Assembly (NCBI GenBank): GCA_964016885.1
Contig: CAXHJY010000301.1
Location: forward strand, 124,001 to 188,000
Source: Eledone cirrhosa
Lineage: Eukaryota
Direction: 5' to 3'
Length of the DNA stretch: 64,000 bases
A program made the translations under genes and the position numbers. The first letter of the stretch is position 1. Each line of letters begins with the position of its first letter. Below, in pieces: positions 25,923-36,944 of the stretch. The notes beneath the pieces are model-generated. The model was not told the origin of the DNA. It saw only the letters and a program-made list of their open reading frames with translations, and searched no databases.

Positions 25923-27640
25923 ATCATCATCATCATCAACATTTTACGTGCGCTTTTCCCTGCTTGTTGGGGTGGGACGGGTCCTATTCAGCACAGTATC
26001 TCTCCACTTGCCACGGTCCTTCGTCATACCCTCTGTAAGTTTCAGCGATTTGAAGTCTGCTATCACCACCTCTGCCCATGTTTCCTTCTACTGGGATTTC
26101 TTGGCACTTCTTTACCCAGCGCTTATCCTCCATGCACATCACATGTCCATAGCATCTCTTGGCACTTCTTTACCCAGCGCTCATCCTCCATGCACATGTC
26201 CATACCATCTCTTGGCACTTCTTTACCCAGCGCTCATCCTCCATGCACATCACATGTCCATAGCATCTCTTGGCACTTCTTTACCCAGCGCTCATCCTCC
26301 ATGCACATGTCCATACCATCTCTTGGCACTTCTTTACCCAGCGCTCATCCTCCATGCACATCACATGTCCATAGCATCTCTTGGCACTTCTTTACCCAGC
26401 GCTCATCCTCCATGCACATCACATGTCCATACCATCTCTTGGCACTTCTTTACCCAGCGCTCATCCTCCATGCACATCACATGTCCATACCATCTCTTGG
26501 CACTTCTTTACCCAGCGCTCATCCTCCATGCACATGTCCATACCATCTCTTGGCACTTCTTTACCCAGCGCTCATCCTCCATGCACATCACATGTCCATA
26601 CCATCTCTTGGCACTTATTTACCCAGCGCTCATCCTCCATGCACATCACATGTCCATACCATCTCTTGGCACTTCTTTACCCAGCACTCATCCTCCATGC
26701 ACATGTCCATACCATCTCTTGGCACTTCTTTACCCAGCGCTCATCCTCCATGCACATCACATGTCCATACCATCTCTTGGCACTTCTTTACCCAGCGCTC
26801 ATCCTCCATGCACATCACATGTCCATACCATCTCTTGGCACTTCTTTACCCAGCGCTCATCCTCCATGCACATCACATGTCCATACCATCTCTTGGCACT
26901 TCTTTACCCAGCGCTCATCCTCCATGCACATGTCCATACCATCTCTTGGCACTTCTTTACCCAGCGCTCATCCTCCATGCACATCACATGTCCATACCAT
27001 CTCTTGGCACTTCTTTACCCAGCGCTCATCCTCCATGCACATCACATGTCCATACCATCTCTTGGCACTCTACCCAGCGCTCATCCTCCATGCACATCAC
27101 ATGTCCATACCATCTCTTGGCACTTCTTTACCCAGCGCTCATCCTTCATGCACATGTCCATACCATCTCTTGGCACTTCTTTACCCAGCGCTCATCCTCC
27201 ATGCACATCACATGTCTATACCATCTCTTGGCACTTCTTTACCCAGCGCTCATCCTCCATGCACATCACATGTCCATACCATCTCTTGGTACTTTACCCA
27301 GCGCTCATCCTCCATGCACATCACATGTCCATACCATCTCTTGGCACTTCTTTACCCAGCGCTCATCCTTCATGCACATGTCCATACCATCTCTTGGCAC
27401 TTCTTTACCCAGCGCTCATCCTCCATGCACATCACATGTCTATACCATCTCTTGGCACTTCTTTACCCAGCGCTCATCCTCCATGCACATCACATGTCCA
27501 TACCATTTCAGTCTTCTCTCCCGCACACTACAACTTATCCCTCTTATACACAGTTTGTCTCTTAACTCATCTATGCTTGGACGTTCACGCACATTGACAT
27601 TGCACATCCAACGGAGCATGCTTGTTTCATTTCTCTGTAG
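25923..27640 (-). mobile_element. RTE/BovB-like LINE 3' fragment containing an internal satellite
   Basis: Tail at left; RRLKWYGHVMCMEDERWVKKCQE remnants; same family as 5488-6512. Confidence 0.85.
26095..27507. repeat. 58/53-bp tandem array (~25 copies) derived from RTE coding sequence
   Basis: Unit CCATCTCTTGGCACTTCTTTACCCAGCGCTCATCCTCCATGCACATCACATGTCCATA; the short variant lacks CACAT. Confidence 0.95.
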
Positions 27641-28020
27641 AAGTCGCATTGATAGACACATTTTTCAAATGCAGGTGGGTGCTATAGAAGTGGTTGATAG
27701 CTTCCGGTACCTAGGTGATCAGATTAGCATGGGAGGGGTTGTTCCGAGGCCATAGTATCTAGAATAAGGACGGGTTGGAAGAAGTTTAGGGAGCTGCTTC
27801 CTCTGTTGACAAAGAAGGGTTTCTTCCTGAGTACGAAAGGAGGGTTATATGATGCCTGTGTGAGATGCGCGATGCTGTATGGTAGTGAGACTTGGGCAGC
27901 AACTGCAGAGGAAATGCGACGGCTGGAGAGAAATGAGGCAAGCATGCTCCGTTGGATGTGCAATAGGACCCGTCCAACCATTGCAAGCATGAAAAGCGGA
28001 CATAAAAGGATGATGATGAT
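27640..28020 (+). mobile_element. RTE/BovB-like LINE fragment
   Basis: DSFRYLG...LYGSETW...MLRWMCN joined directly to the 3' tail. Confidence 0.8.
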
Positions 28021-28039
28021 GTTATATATTTATATATAT

Positions 28040-30310
28040 ATCATCATCATCATCATCATCGTTTAACGTCCGTGTTCCACGATTGCATGGGTTTGGACGG
28101 GGGTTTTCCCACTTGAGGCAAGAGTGATTATCTTGCTCGCATAGGACTATCTGGCGGGTTTTCTACACCTGGATGCCCTTCCTAACACCAACCACATTTA
28201 CAGTGTGGGGCTGGGAGGTTTTTACCGTGTTGCCTACACGGCCACATTACAGCGTGAACTGTGTGTTTTTTTGACGTGACACCTACACAATCTCATTTAT
28301 TTCGGCCTGGATGTTGTGGCACCAACATAACTTTACATTGAAAGGGGGGGTGTGGATGGGGTGGGGATGGTGGGACGGGGGTGTATTTTGTTAAAGATGC
28401 CTACTGACTGTAGTAGGTTTTACTTTGTATTTAGGTAAGGCGGGTCTTCTCTATTACTGAGTACCGCCAAAGGTCTCGGTCCAGTGACATTGTCTTGGTG
28501 AGGTGTAAGTGTGTGAGGTCGGAATTTATCAGCTCGTCCCAGGTTTTTCTGGGTCTGCCTATTCCGTGGCTACCGTCTATCTTTATTGCCCTGCACTTTG
28601 TTATACAGCTATCGGCCTTCATGCGCATCACGTGACCATACCAACGTAGCCTTCTCTCGAGTAAACAACATCTGATCCCTCTTATTTCTAATTTTTTCCT
28701 TAGTTCGTTTATGCTTTGCCGTTCACGTATATTACTATTACACATCCAGCGGAACATGCAAGCTTCGTTTCTCTCTAGTCTGCGTATATACTCTGCACAC
28801 AATGCCCAGGTCTCACTACCATGCAACATTGCTGTTCGTATGCAGGCATCGTACAACCTGCCTTTCATTTTTAGGGAGAACCCTTTAGCGGCTAATAGTG
28901 GTATAAGCTCTCTGAACTTTTTCCATCCAGTTCTGACTCTAGCTACTGTACTTTCAGAGCACCCTCCCCCACTGCTGATTTTGTCACCCAGGTAACGGAA
29001 GCTGTCCACTATTTCTATAGAACCCTCTGCGCAGTTGAAAGAGCTAGTATTTTGTGGGCACTTGCTGCTACTTATTGCACCAGAGCACCGGCCACATGTA
29101 AAATCTATGTTCTTAGTTAGCTTACCTGTGATCCCACTACATCTTTTATGCACCCATACTTTGCATTTGGGACACAAAATGGAGTTTCTACCTACGCCTT
29201 TCCTACACACTGAGCATGGCCACTTCCCGGAAGGGACCGCTGCCTTATTTCCTTTCTTAGAAACTAGAACTTTAGTCTTAGCCAGGTTAATTTTAAGGCC
29301 TTTTGATTCTAGGTCGTGCTTCCGTGTTTGGAATTTCTTCTCTAGCTCGGCCATTGAGTGTTAGGTCATCTGCGTATAGGAGTTCCCATGGGCAACCGGT
29401 CTTGAACTCCTCTGTTATAGCCTGAAGGGCAATAATAAATAGTAGGGGGCTGAGAACAGAGCCCTGATGGACGCCAACTTTTACACTAAACTCTTCACTA
29501 TATTCGTTGTTAATTCTAACCTTGCTCACTGTTTCTTTATACATGGCTTGTATAGCTCTCACAAGCCATTCGTCAACACCTAGTTTTCTAAGAGCCCACC
29601 AGATAATGGAACGGGGGACTCTGTCGAAGGCTTTCTCCAAGTCGACAAAAGCTAAGTATAGGGGTTTACTTTTAGCTAGGTACTTCTCCTGTAGTTGTCG
29701 TACAATGAAAAGAGCGTCTGTGGTACTTTTGCCTGACACAAACCCGAACTGCATTTCATCTAGATCAATTCTCTCTCTGATTAGTTGCGCTATTACTTTT
29801 TCCGTGACCTTCATGACCTGGTCGATTAATTTAATGCCTCTATAGTTACTCCTATCTAGGGCATCTCCTTTACCTTTATAACAGTTAACGATGATGCTGC
29901 TACGCCAGTCCTTCGGAACAACCCCATTCTGTACGACTTGGTTGACTATCCGGGTGACCATGGTGTGTCCCACCGTACTAGATGCCTTCAGCATCTCGGC
30001 AACTATTTCCGAAGGCCCAGCCGCCTTAATATCTTTGATTGCCTTACTTATTATACTACCCTCGACTAACACTGCTGGTCCCTCTATTAGGTCGATGTGG
30101 GGGAGACTGTCTTTCTCCCATTTATTCTCCTCATTTAGTAGCCTTTCATAGTGACACTTCCAAGCTACCTTCTTATCAGCGTCGGTGATGGCAAGTACGC
30201 CGTCATCATTAAGTACACACTTCTCCCTGACAATATCACGGTTTTCCTTGACACTTTGCCTAGCAATCCTGAACACCTCACGTTTTTGGTCCTCGCGTTG
30301 TAGAACATGC
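28040..30310 (-). mobile_element. RTE/BovB-like LINE, 5'-truncated, RT largely intact
   Basis: ORFs 29293-30312 (YKGKGD, QFGF, FVDLEKAFD, GVHQGSVLSP, LYADD) and 28431-29354 (PHD-like finger and C-terminus), separated by one small deletion/frameshift. Confidence 0.95.
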
Positions 30311-30329
30311 ATATGTAGAACATATGCAT

Positions 30330-30686
30330 ATCATCATCATCATCATCATTTCATTGTACGTTCGCTTTTTCCCTGCTTGCAAGAGTGGGACAGGAACTGA
30401 TTCTGGCTTGATTTCTACAGCTGGATGCCCTTCCTAACACCAACCTCATTTACAGTGAGTGCTGGGTGCTTTTTTTCCGTGGCGTCTATATGTCCACTTT
30501 ACAGTGTGGGCTGGGTGCTTTTTTTCTGTGGCACCTCCACGACCTCTTTGCAGTGGAATGATACGGACCCCAGTCCTATCATCTCATTTCTACAGCTGAG
30601 TAAACTGGAGCAATGTGAAATAAAGTGTCTTGCTGAAGGAAACAACACATCACCCGGTCTGAGAATTGAACTGACAACCTTTCGAT
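30330..30686 (-). mobile_element. tRNA-derived SINE, head truncated where the PLE hairpin begins
   Basis: Same SINE family; internal tail module duplicated. Confidence 0.85.
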
Positions 30687-31020
30687 ACAAAATGAAAAAT
30701 AACCGAGGTGCCCTACACGAGTGAAAGTATAAAGAAAAAAAGATGAAATCGAAAATGCAACTGAAGTCTTATTTTAAAAAAAATATATTTATTTGGTTCC
30801 TTTACCGGTTTCGCAGTTCTTCTGCTTTTCAAAAGTAGAGTTGAGATGGAGGGTCTGTGGTTTTTCTCACATCTGATGTGAGAAAAACCACAGACCCTCC
30901 ATCTCAACTCTACTTTTGAAAAGCAGAAGAACTGCGAAACCGGTAAAGGAACCAAATAAATATATTTTTTTAAAAATAAGACTTCAGTTGCATTTTCGAT
31001 TTCATCTTTTTTTCTTTATA
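30687..31020. mobile_element. Penelope-like pLTR palindrome (family 2, no ORF)
   Basis: 146-bp arms 30728-30873/30875-31020 with a 1-nt loop and about one mismatch; ~40-bp tail on the left; each arm contains a hammerhead motif. Confidence 0.8.
30913..30948 (+). ncRNA. Minimal hammerhead ribozyme motif (variant core UUGAAAA)
   Basis: CUU-UUGAAAA-GCAG(aagaa)CUGC-GAA-ACCGGU-A-AAG; mirror copy on the minus strand at 30800-30835. Confidence 0.78.
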
Positions 31021-31021
31021 T

Positions 31022-34000
31022 ATATATAGAATTAACAAGAATCAAAGCTATGTTCAAAGCATTTATTCACTTACAATTGTTTCATCCAAACCTAGGCTTG
31101 GAGTCTTCGGAGCATTTTTCAATGTTTGTACACATAATTGACCTCCTTTCCAACGCAAGAGACATACAGATACATATATATATATATTGATGTACAGTGG
31201 AGTGACATATATTATACTATGATCAAAATTAAAATCAAAATCAAAATTAAAATACATTTGGCAGATAACACAGATAATGCAAGAGGATAGTTTGATAGTC
31301 AGATCTAGTAGGTAGTGTATGCGTTAGTTACACATGGAGCATGCAAGTGTGTCTCATTTTTATACTATTATTGTGTGGCAGGGTGTTACGCGTAATGCAA
31401 GCACTTTAAGTGGGTAAGCAAGATTATTATGGTGGTTATAGTGGTAAGGTATTTTTTGTATAGAACAAAAAAGTATGTGTGCAGAAAAATAAAAAGAAAA
31501 AGAAGAAGCAAAAGAAAGTTATGGTTTTCGTATCCCCCACCATTTTCACATTCAGAAAAAGTAAGAAATACTTTCTACATCCATCACATAAGTAACGATG
31601 ATTCCGTATTGAATGTTTGATGTATTAAAATAAATTATTTTAGCGTATTGAGGCTCCGTGTTATTTAATCCAAGTTTATAGAATAGGTTGATTCTGCTGC
31701 GAGAATTTAAAGCGGTTTATTACCCGGAAGTATGTGTGTAATTAAGGGGAGGTAACTAGCCGAATCTCATAACTAAATTCATTGTTCTAACATACATTAT
31801 AAGGCGCCTCAATTGAGTCCCTTATATAGACGGTTATACATTTATATCTAGTTTCCAATTTTAAATACAGTCTACTCTATCATGATGTACTAAAGGTATC
31901 TATATTAGGATGATTACTCCCTATCATACAGTGCTACAATTGAATATTCCATACAAAGTGCCATACCTTTATATCAAAGTTCACTGTAAATGCAGTCTAC
32001 TCTCAGAACATATCAGGGGACCTATTAGAATTTTGTCTACATAACCCCTGGCAAGTTATGGAGCAGCGTATGGCTGTTTGCATGGCAAAACAAAATACAT
32101 CTCTAGGGTAGACAAATACATCTCACATTTACAATGTCATTAATCTATCCATCAAGTTATACTTGCATATATAATTCATACATAATTCATTGCAGCACCC
32201 TACATATAAGTTAGACATATCTCTTATGTTAATAAATTAGTCTTATATATATCCAATGTTATCACTCCATACATTTAATTACAAACGCATAAATAATTCA
32301 TTGCCGTATCTAGTATTTAAAGTTTATATAGACTGTATTGTATCATTATATAATTATAAGTAATTGAAAGTAGTTATATTAAAAGTAGGTGTTCATGGGG
32401 ATATTTCTAGGGTATAAAGTTATAGATAGATGGAATGATTTGTGTCGAGATAGGGTGGATCAGAGAGTGTGGAGTTGTGGTGTAAGGTGTGCCCTTGAGG
32501 TGTGTTGTTAGTAGTGGTGATGGGTTCAAGTCCGACATTGTTATATATTGGGTTTAAAGTTTTGGAAGGAGTGCAGGAAGTGGTGCTGGCACGACGCAAA
32601 CACTTCCGATTTTTTATTAAGGAGGTTATGGTTTGAGAAGATTATAGTATGGGTCTCTAGTAGGTGGTTTGTACCGCGATGATGCACCTTATAGATTATA
32701 AAAAATTTAATATAGAAAGAACTAGAAAACTATTGCACAAGACTTTCAAAAACTATAACCTAAATATCACCATAGACAAAAACACTAAAAACGTTAACTT
32801 CCTAGATGCCACCCTTTACCTAGACTCTAAGATTTATACACCATTCCATAAACCTAACGAAAAACTGATTTACGTAGATACCAAGTCTAACCACCCTAGA
32901 TCAATATTAAGCTCTATCTCTAAAGGAATAACCAATAGAATCTCTAATCTATCTTATGACGAAAACATATTTAGCAAAAACTCACAATACTATAATCTGG
33001 CATTAGCTAGATCAGGCCATAATAATGAGATCGAGTTCCTTCCTATAAAAACACATAGTTACAACATTATTTCGCACAATATGTCCATGAGGAAAAATAG
33101 TAATAAGAATAATAACCACACACACACTAGTACGAAGGGTGACAACAAACGTAACCCACACCAGGGAGGACACCAAAATACCATAAACGGAAGAATCTCA
33201 CCAGACATAAAAAACAAAAATAGAAGAAATAATACATTTTTCAACCCCCCTTTCAATCTAAACGTCTCTACCAACCTACCTAAGGCTTTCTTCTCACTCC
33301 TAGATAAAAACTTCCCATCTGGCCACAAGTACCAGTCTTATAAATAAAAACACCATTAAAATCTCCTACTCTACCACGCCTAACATAGCATACCACATAG
33401 CTAGTAGCAATAAAAGAAAAATTAATACTTACTTCCAACAAACTAAAACACAGCAGGGGGTAAACCTTCAAAACAATGTAATACCTGCAAACCCTAATAT
33501 CAATAGTAATAATAGTAATAGCAGTAGTGAAAGCAATAACGCTAGGAGCGACTACCCCCATAGCCATAATGCAATACGTAGCAACCAGACTTCTACACAC
33601 ACAACATAATAACCGGCAGGTTAACATCCAAAATAATTGTAACTGTAGATCTAATAGAACCTGCCCTTTAGATAAAAACTGCTCAATCAAGGACATCATA
33701 TACTCATGCACCGTCAGAACTAGCAACTCTTCTGAAACCTATATAGGCTCTACTTCGAACTGCTTCAAAACCAGATACAATTCACACCTCCATTCTTTCA
33801 AAAAACACAGTCTAGCCAACTCCACTTCACTATCTAGCTACATACACTATCTAAAAACTAGAAATAGATCTTATACACTTAAATGGGAAGTGATAGGTAG
33901 GCGGCATCGTACAAACCACCTAATAAATTCTGTAACCTCTGTCTACTAGAGACCCATACTATAATCTTCTCAAACCATAACCTCCTTAATAAAAAATCAA

Positions 34001-35420
34001 ATAAACATTGGATATATAAGATTAATTTATTAACATAAGAGATATGTCTAACTTATATGTAGGGTGCTGCAATGAATTATGTATGAATTGTATATGCAAG
34101 TATAACTTGATGGATAGATTAATGACATTGTAAATGTGAGATGTATTTGTCTACCCTAGAGATGTATTTTGTTTTGCCATGCAAACAGCCATACGCTGCT
34201 CCATAACTTGCCAGGGGTTATGTAGACAAAATTCTAATAGGTCCCCTGATATGTTCTGAGAGTAGACTGCATTTACAGTGAACTTTGATATAAAGGTATG
34301 GCACTTTGTATGGAATATTCAATTGTAGCACTATATAATAGGGAGTAATCAACTTAATATAGATACCTTTAGTACATCATGATAGAGTAGACTGTATTTA
34401 AAATTGGAAACTAGATATAAATGTATAACCGTCTATATAAGGGACTCAATTGAGGCGCCTTATAATGTATGTTAGAACAATGAATTTAGTTATGAGATTC
34501 GGCTAGTTACCTCCCCTTAATTACACACATACTTCCGGGTAATAAACCGCTGTAAATTCTCGCAGCAGAATCAACCTATTCTATAAACTTGGATTAAATA
34601 ACACGGAGCCTCAATACGCTAAAATAATTTATTTTAATACATCAAACATTCAATACGGAATCATCGTTACTTATGTGATGGATGTAGAAAGTATTTCTTA
34701 CTTTTTCTGAATGTGAAAATGGTGGGGGATACGAAAACCATAACTTTCTTTTGCTTCTTCTTTTTATTTTTATTTTTCTGCACACATACTTTTTTGTTCT
34801 ATACAAAAAATACCTTACCACTATAACCACCATAATAATCTTGCTTACCCACTTAAAGTGCTTGCATTACGCGTAACACCCTGCCACACAATAATAGTAT
34901 AAAAATGAGACACACTTGCATGCTCCATGTGTAACTAACGCATACACTACCTACTAGATCTGACTATCAAACTATCCTCTTGCATTATCTGTGTTATCTG
35001 CCAAATGTATATTAATTTTGATTTTGATTTTGATTTTGAATTTGAATTGCTGTACAAAAATAGTATAGTATAATATATGTCACTCCAATGTACATCAATA
35101 TATATATATATATGTATCTGTATGTCTCTTGTGTTGGAAAGGAGGTCAATTATGTGTACAAACATTGAAAAATGCTCCGAAGACTCCAAGCCTAGGTTTG
35201 GATGAAACAATTGTAAGTGAATAAATGCTTTGAACATAGCTTTGATTCTTGTGAATTCTATATAACTGCTCTGTAGAACAACTGATGTTATTACATTGAG
35301 CTATTTATCTTACTGGTAATAAGGTAGTAATAAATTACTGACCTTCACTGTTTAGGGTTTAAAATATACATAACTATAAAAAGTTTTAATATATACATAA
35401 CCATAAATAGTATCCCTAAT
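31022..35420 (+). mobile_element. Penelope-like element (family 3) with 1.64-kb inverted arm
   Basis: 31022-32663 is the inverted copy of the ORF end and 3' UTR. The direct part starts at GGLYRDDA (32663) and continues through NFLDATL, SNHP, FFNPPF, CNCR..CPL..IIYSC..YIG; then 3' UTR to 35264 and a ~155-bp tail. Confidence 0.92.
35174..35218 (+). ncRNA. Minimal hammerhead ribozyme motif (variant core CCGAAGA)
   Basis: GCU-CCGAAGA-cUCCAAGCC(ua)GGUUUGGAu-GAA-ACAAUUGU-A-AGU; palindromic stem III; mirror copy at ~31069-31113. Confidence 0.75.
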
Positions 35421-35445
35421 ATATATATATATACACATACGTACG

Positions 35446-35503
<58 letters not shown>

Positions 35504-35526
35504 TACATACATACATACATACATAC

Positions 35527-35880
35527 CATCATCATTCATCATTTCATCATCATTTCATTTTACGTCCACTTGTCCCTGCTTGCAAGGGTGGGACGGGAAC
35601 TGATTCTGGCTTATTTCTACAGCTGGATGCCCTTCCTAACCAACCTCATTTACAGTGAGTGCTGGGTGCTTTTTTTGCCGTGGCACCTCCACGACCACTT
35701 TGCAGTGGAATGATAGGGACACCAGTCCCTATCATCTCATTTCTACAGCTGAGTAAACTGGAGCAATGTGAAATAAAGTGCCTTGCTCAAGGAAACAACA
35801 CATCGCCTGCTCTGAAAATTGAACTCAAAACCTTTCGATTGCAAGGCCAATGCTCTAACCACTAAGCCATGTGCCTCCAT
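35527..35880 (-). mobile_element. tRNA-derived SINE
   Basis: Full-length reverse-complement copy. Confidence 0.88.
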
Positions 35881-36674
35881 GTATATATATATCTGTCCCC
35901 TTAATCTATTTTATCTCTCATTCCTCCCTCTGATGAATGTACTGTACCGATTGTGTTGTTATTTCTGTTTACCTTTTACATGTATATATATATTAGTTTT
36001 GCGAGGTTTTTTATATGAAATCGTGTGTCGAAATAAATATTGTTATGTAAAGTAAACCCCGTATAAACTGTAAAACTAGAAACATAGTCTATAGGATAAG
36101 ATGTACAGAAGGTACTTGCAGAAACATGACAATAACATACATAGGCGAGACAGCTCGTAGAATAGGTGAAAGGATAGACCAACAGGGGGGGAGGGGGGAC
36201 TAAAAGGACGAAAAAACGGTTCAGTACTATACGAACATGCCAGACAACAACACGGCAGTAACATAGACAACATAGAAAAATATCTAAACATAGAAATGAC
36301 CCAGCAGATAGGCAAATCAGAGAGGCCAGTGAAATAGAACTTAGAAGGCCAAGGCTAAACTGAAAAAAATGAATGGAATAACAACAACACCCAAACAAAC
36401 AACACTGACCTAAGAGAAGTATAAATAAATAAATAAATACATACACAAGCACAGTAACAACAAGCACATATAAACACACACTAGCAAACTAAGATAGAAT
36501 ACAATAACCAATACACAGTCACCCAAACACGAACACACGTCAAACAAAACACTATACACGCACGCAAACGCATGCGCAGAAAAGACAAAAAAAACCAAAA
36601 CAAATAAATAAATAAATAAATAAACAGACTAAATAAAGATGGCGTAAGCATACAATACAACGGGAGGAAACATA

Positions 36675-36728
36675 ATAGCACCACTGATGATGTTGCAGAT
36701 GTGCAACGAAATAACTTTGTTAGACTAT
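36675..36728 (+). ncRNA. Hammerhead-like motif (canonical CUGAUGA core, imperfect cleavage site) in an orphan pLTR-like segment
   Basis: CUGAUGA-uGUUGCA(gaug)UGCAAC-GAA-AUAAC(uuu)GUUA-GA; position 16.1 is G instead of U. Confidence 0.45.
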
Positions 36729-36944
36729 ATTTATGTGTTTGTGTCTATATTGTATCTGTATTTTTGACCGTTGGCCAGTCAATGGTAACATTGAGGACCG
36801 AATAAATTAAATTAAATTAACCAATATAAAAGACACAGAAGCGAAAACCAACCAAACTGAGTGTGTTCTGTTATTAATTCTGGCAATATGACCCTCCCCA
36901 AGTATAACAATATATATATATGCATATATATATATATGTATATA

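Noticed and set aside
25768-27755. 609-, 521- and 394-aa repetitive ORFs; also considered as a CRISPR array
   Set aside because: Antisense read-through of a LINE-derived tandem repeat; no unique spacers, no cas genes, eukaryotic context.
28711-30151. Plus-strand ORFs overlapping LINEs (also 38911-39519, 40347-43006, 44029-46023, 61606-62298)
   Set aside because: Antisense shadows of retroelement ORFs.
35915-35960. CTGATGA motif as a hammerhead
   Set aside because: No GAAA and no plausible stems II and III.
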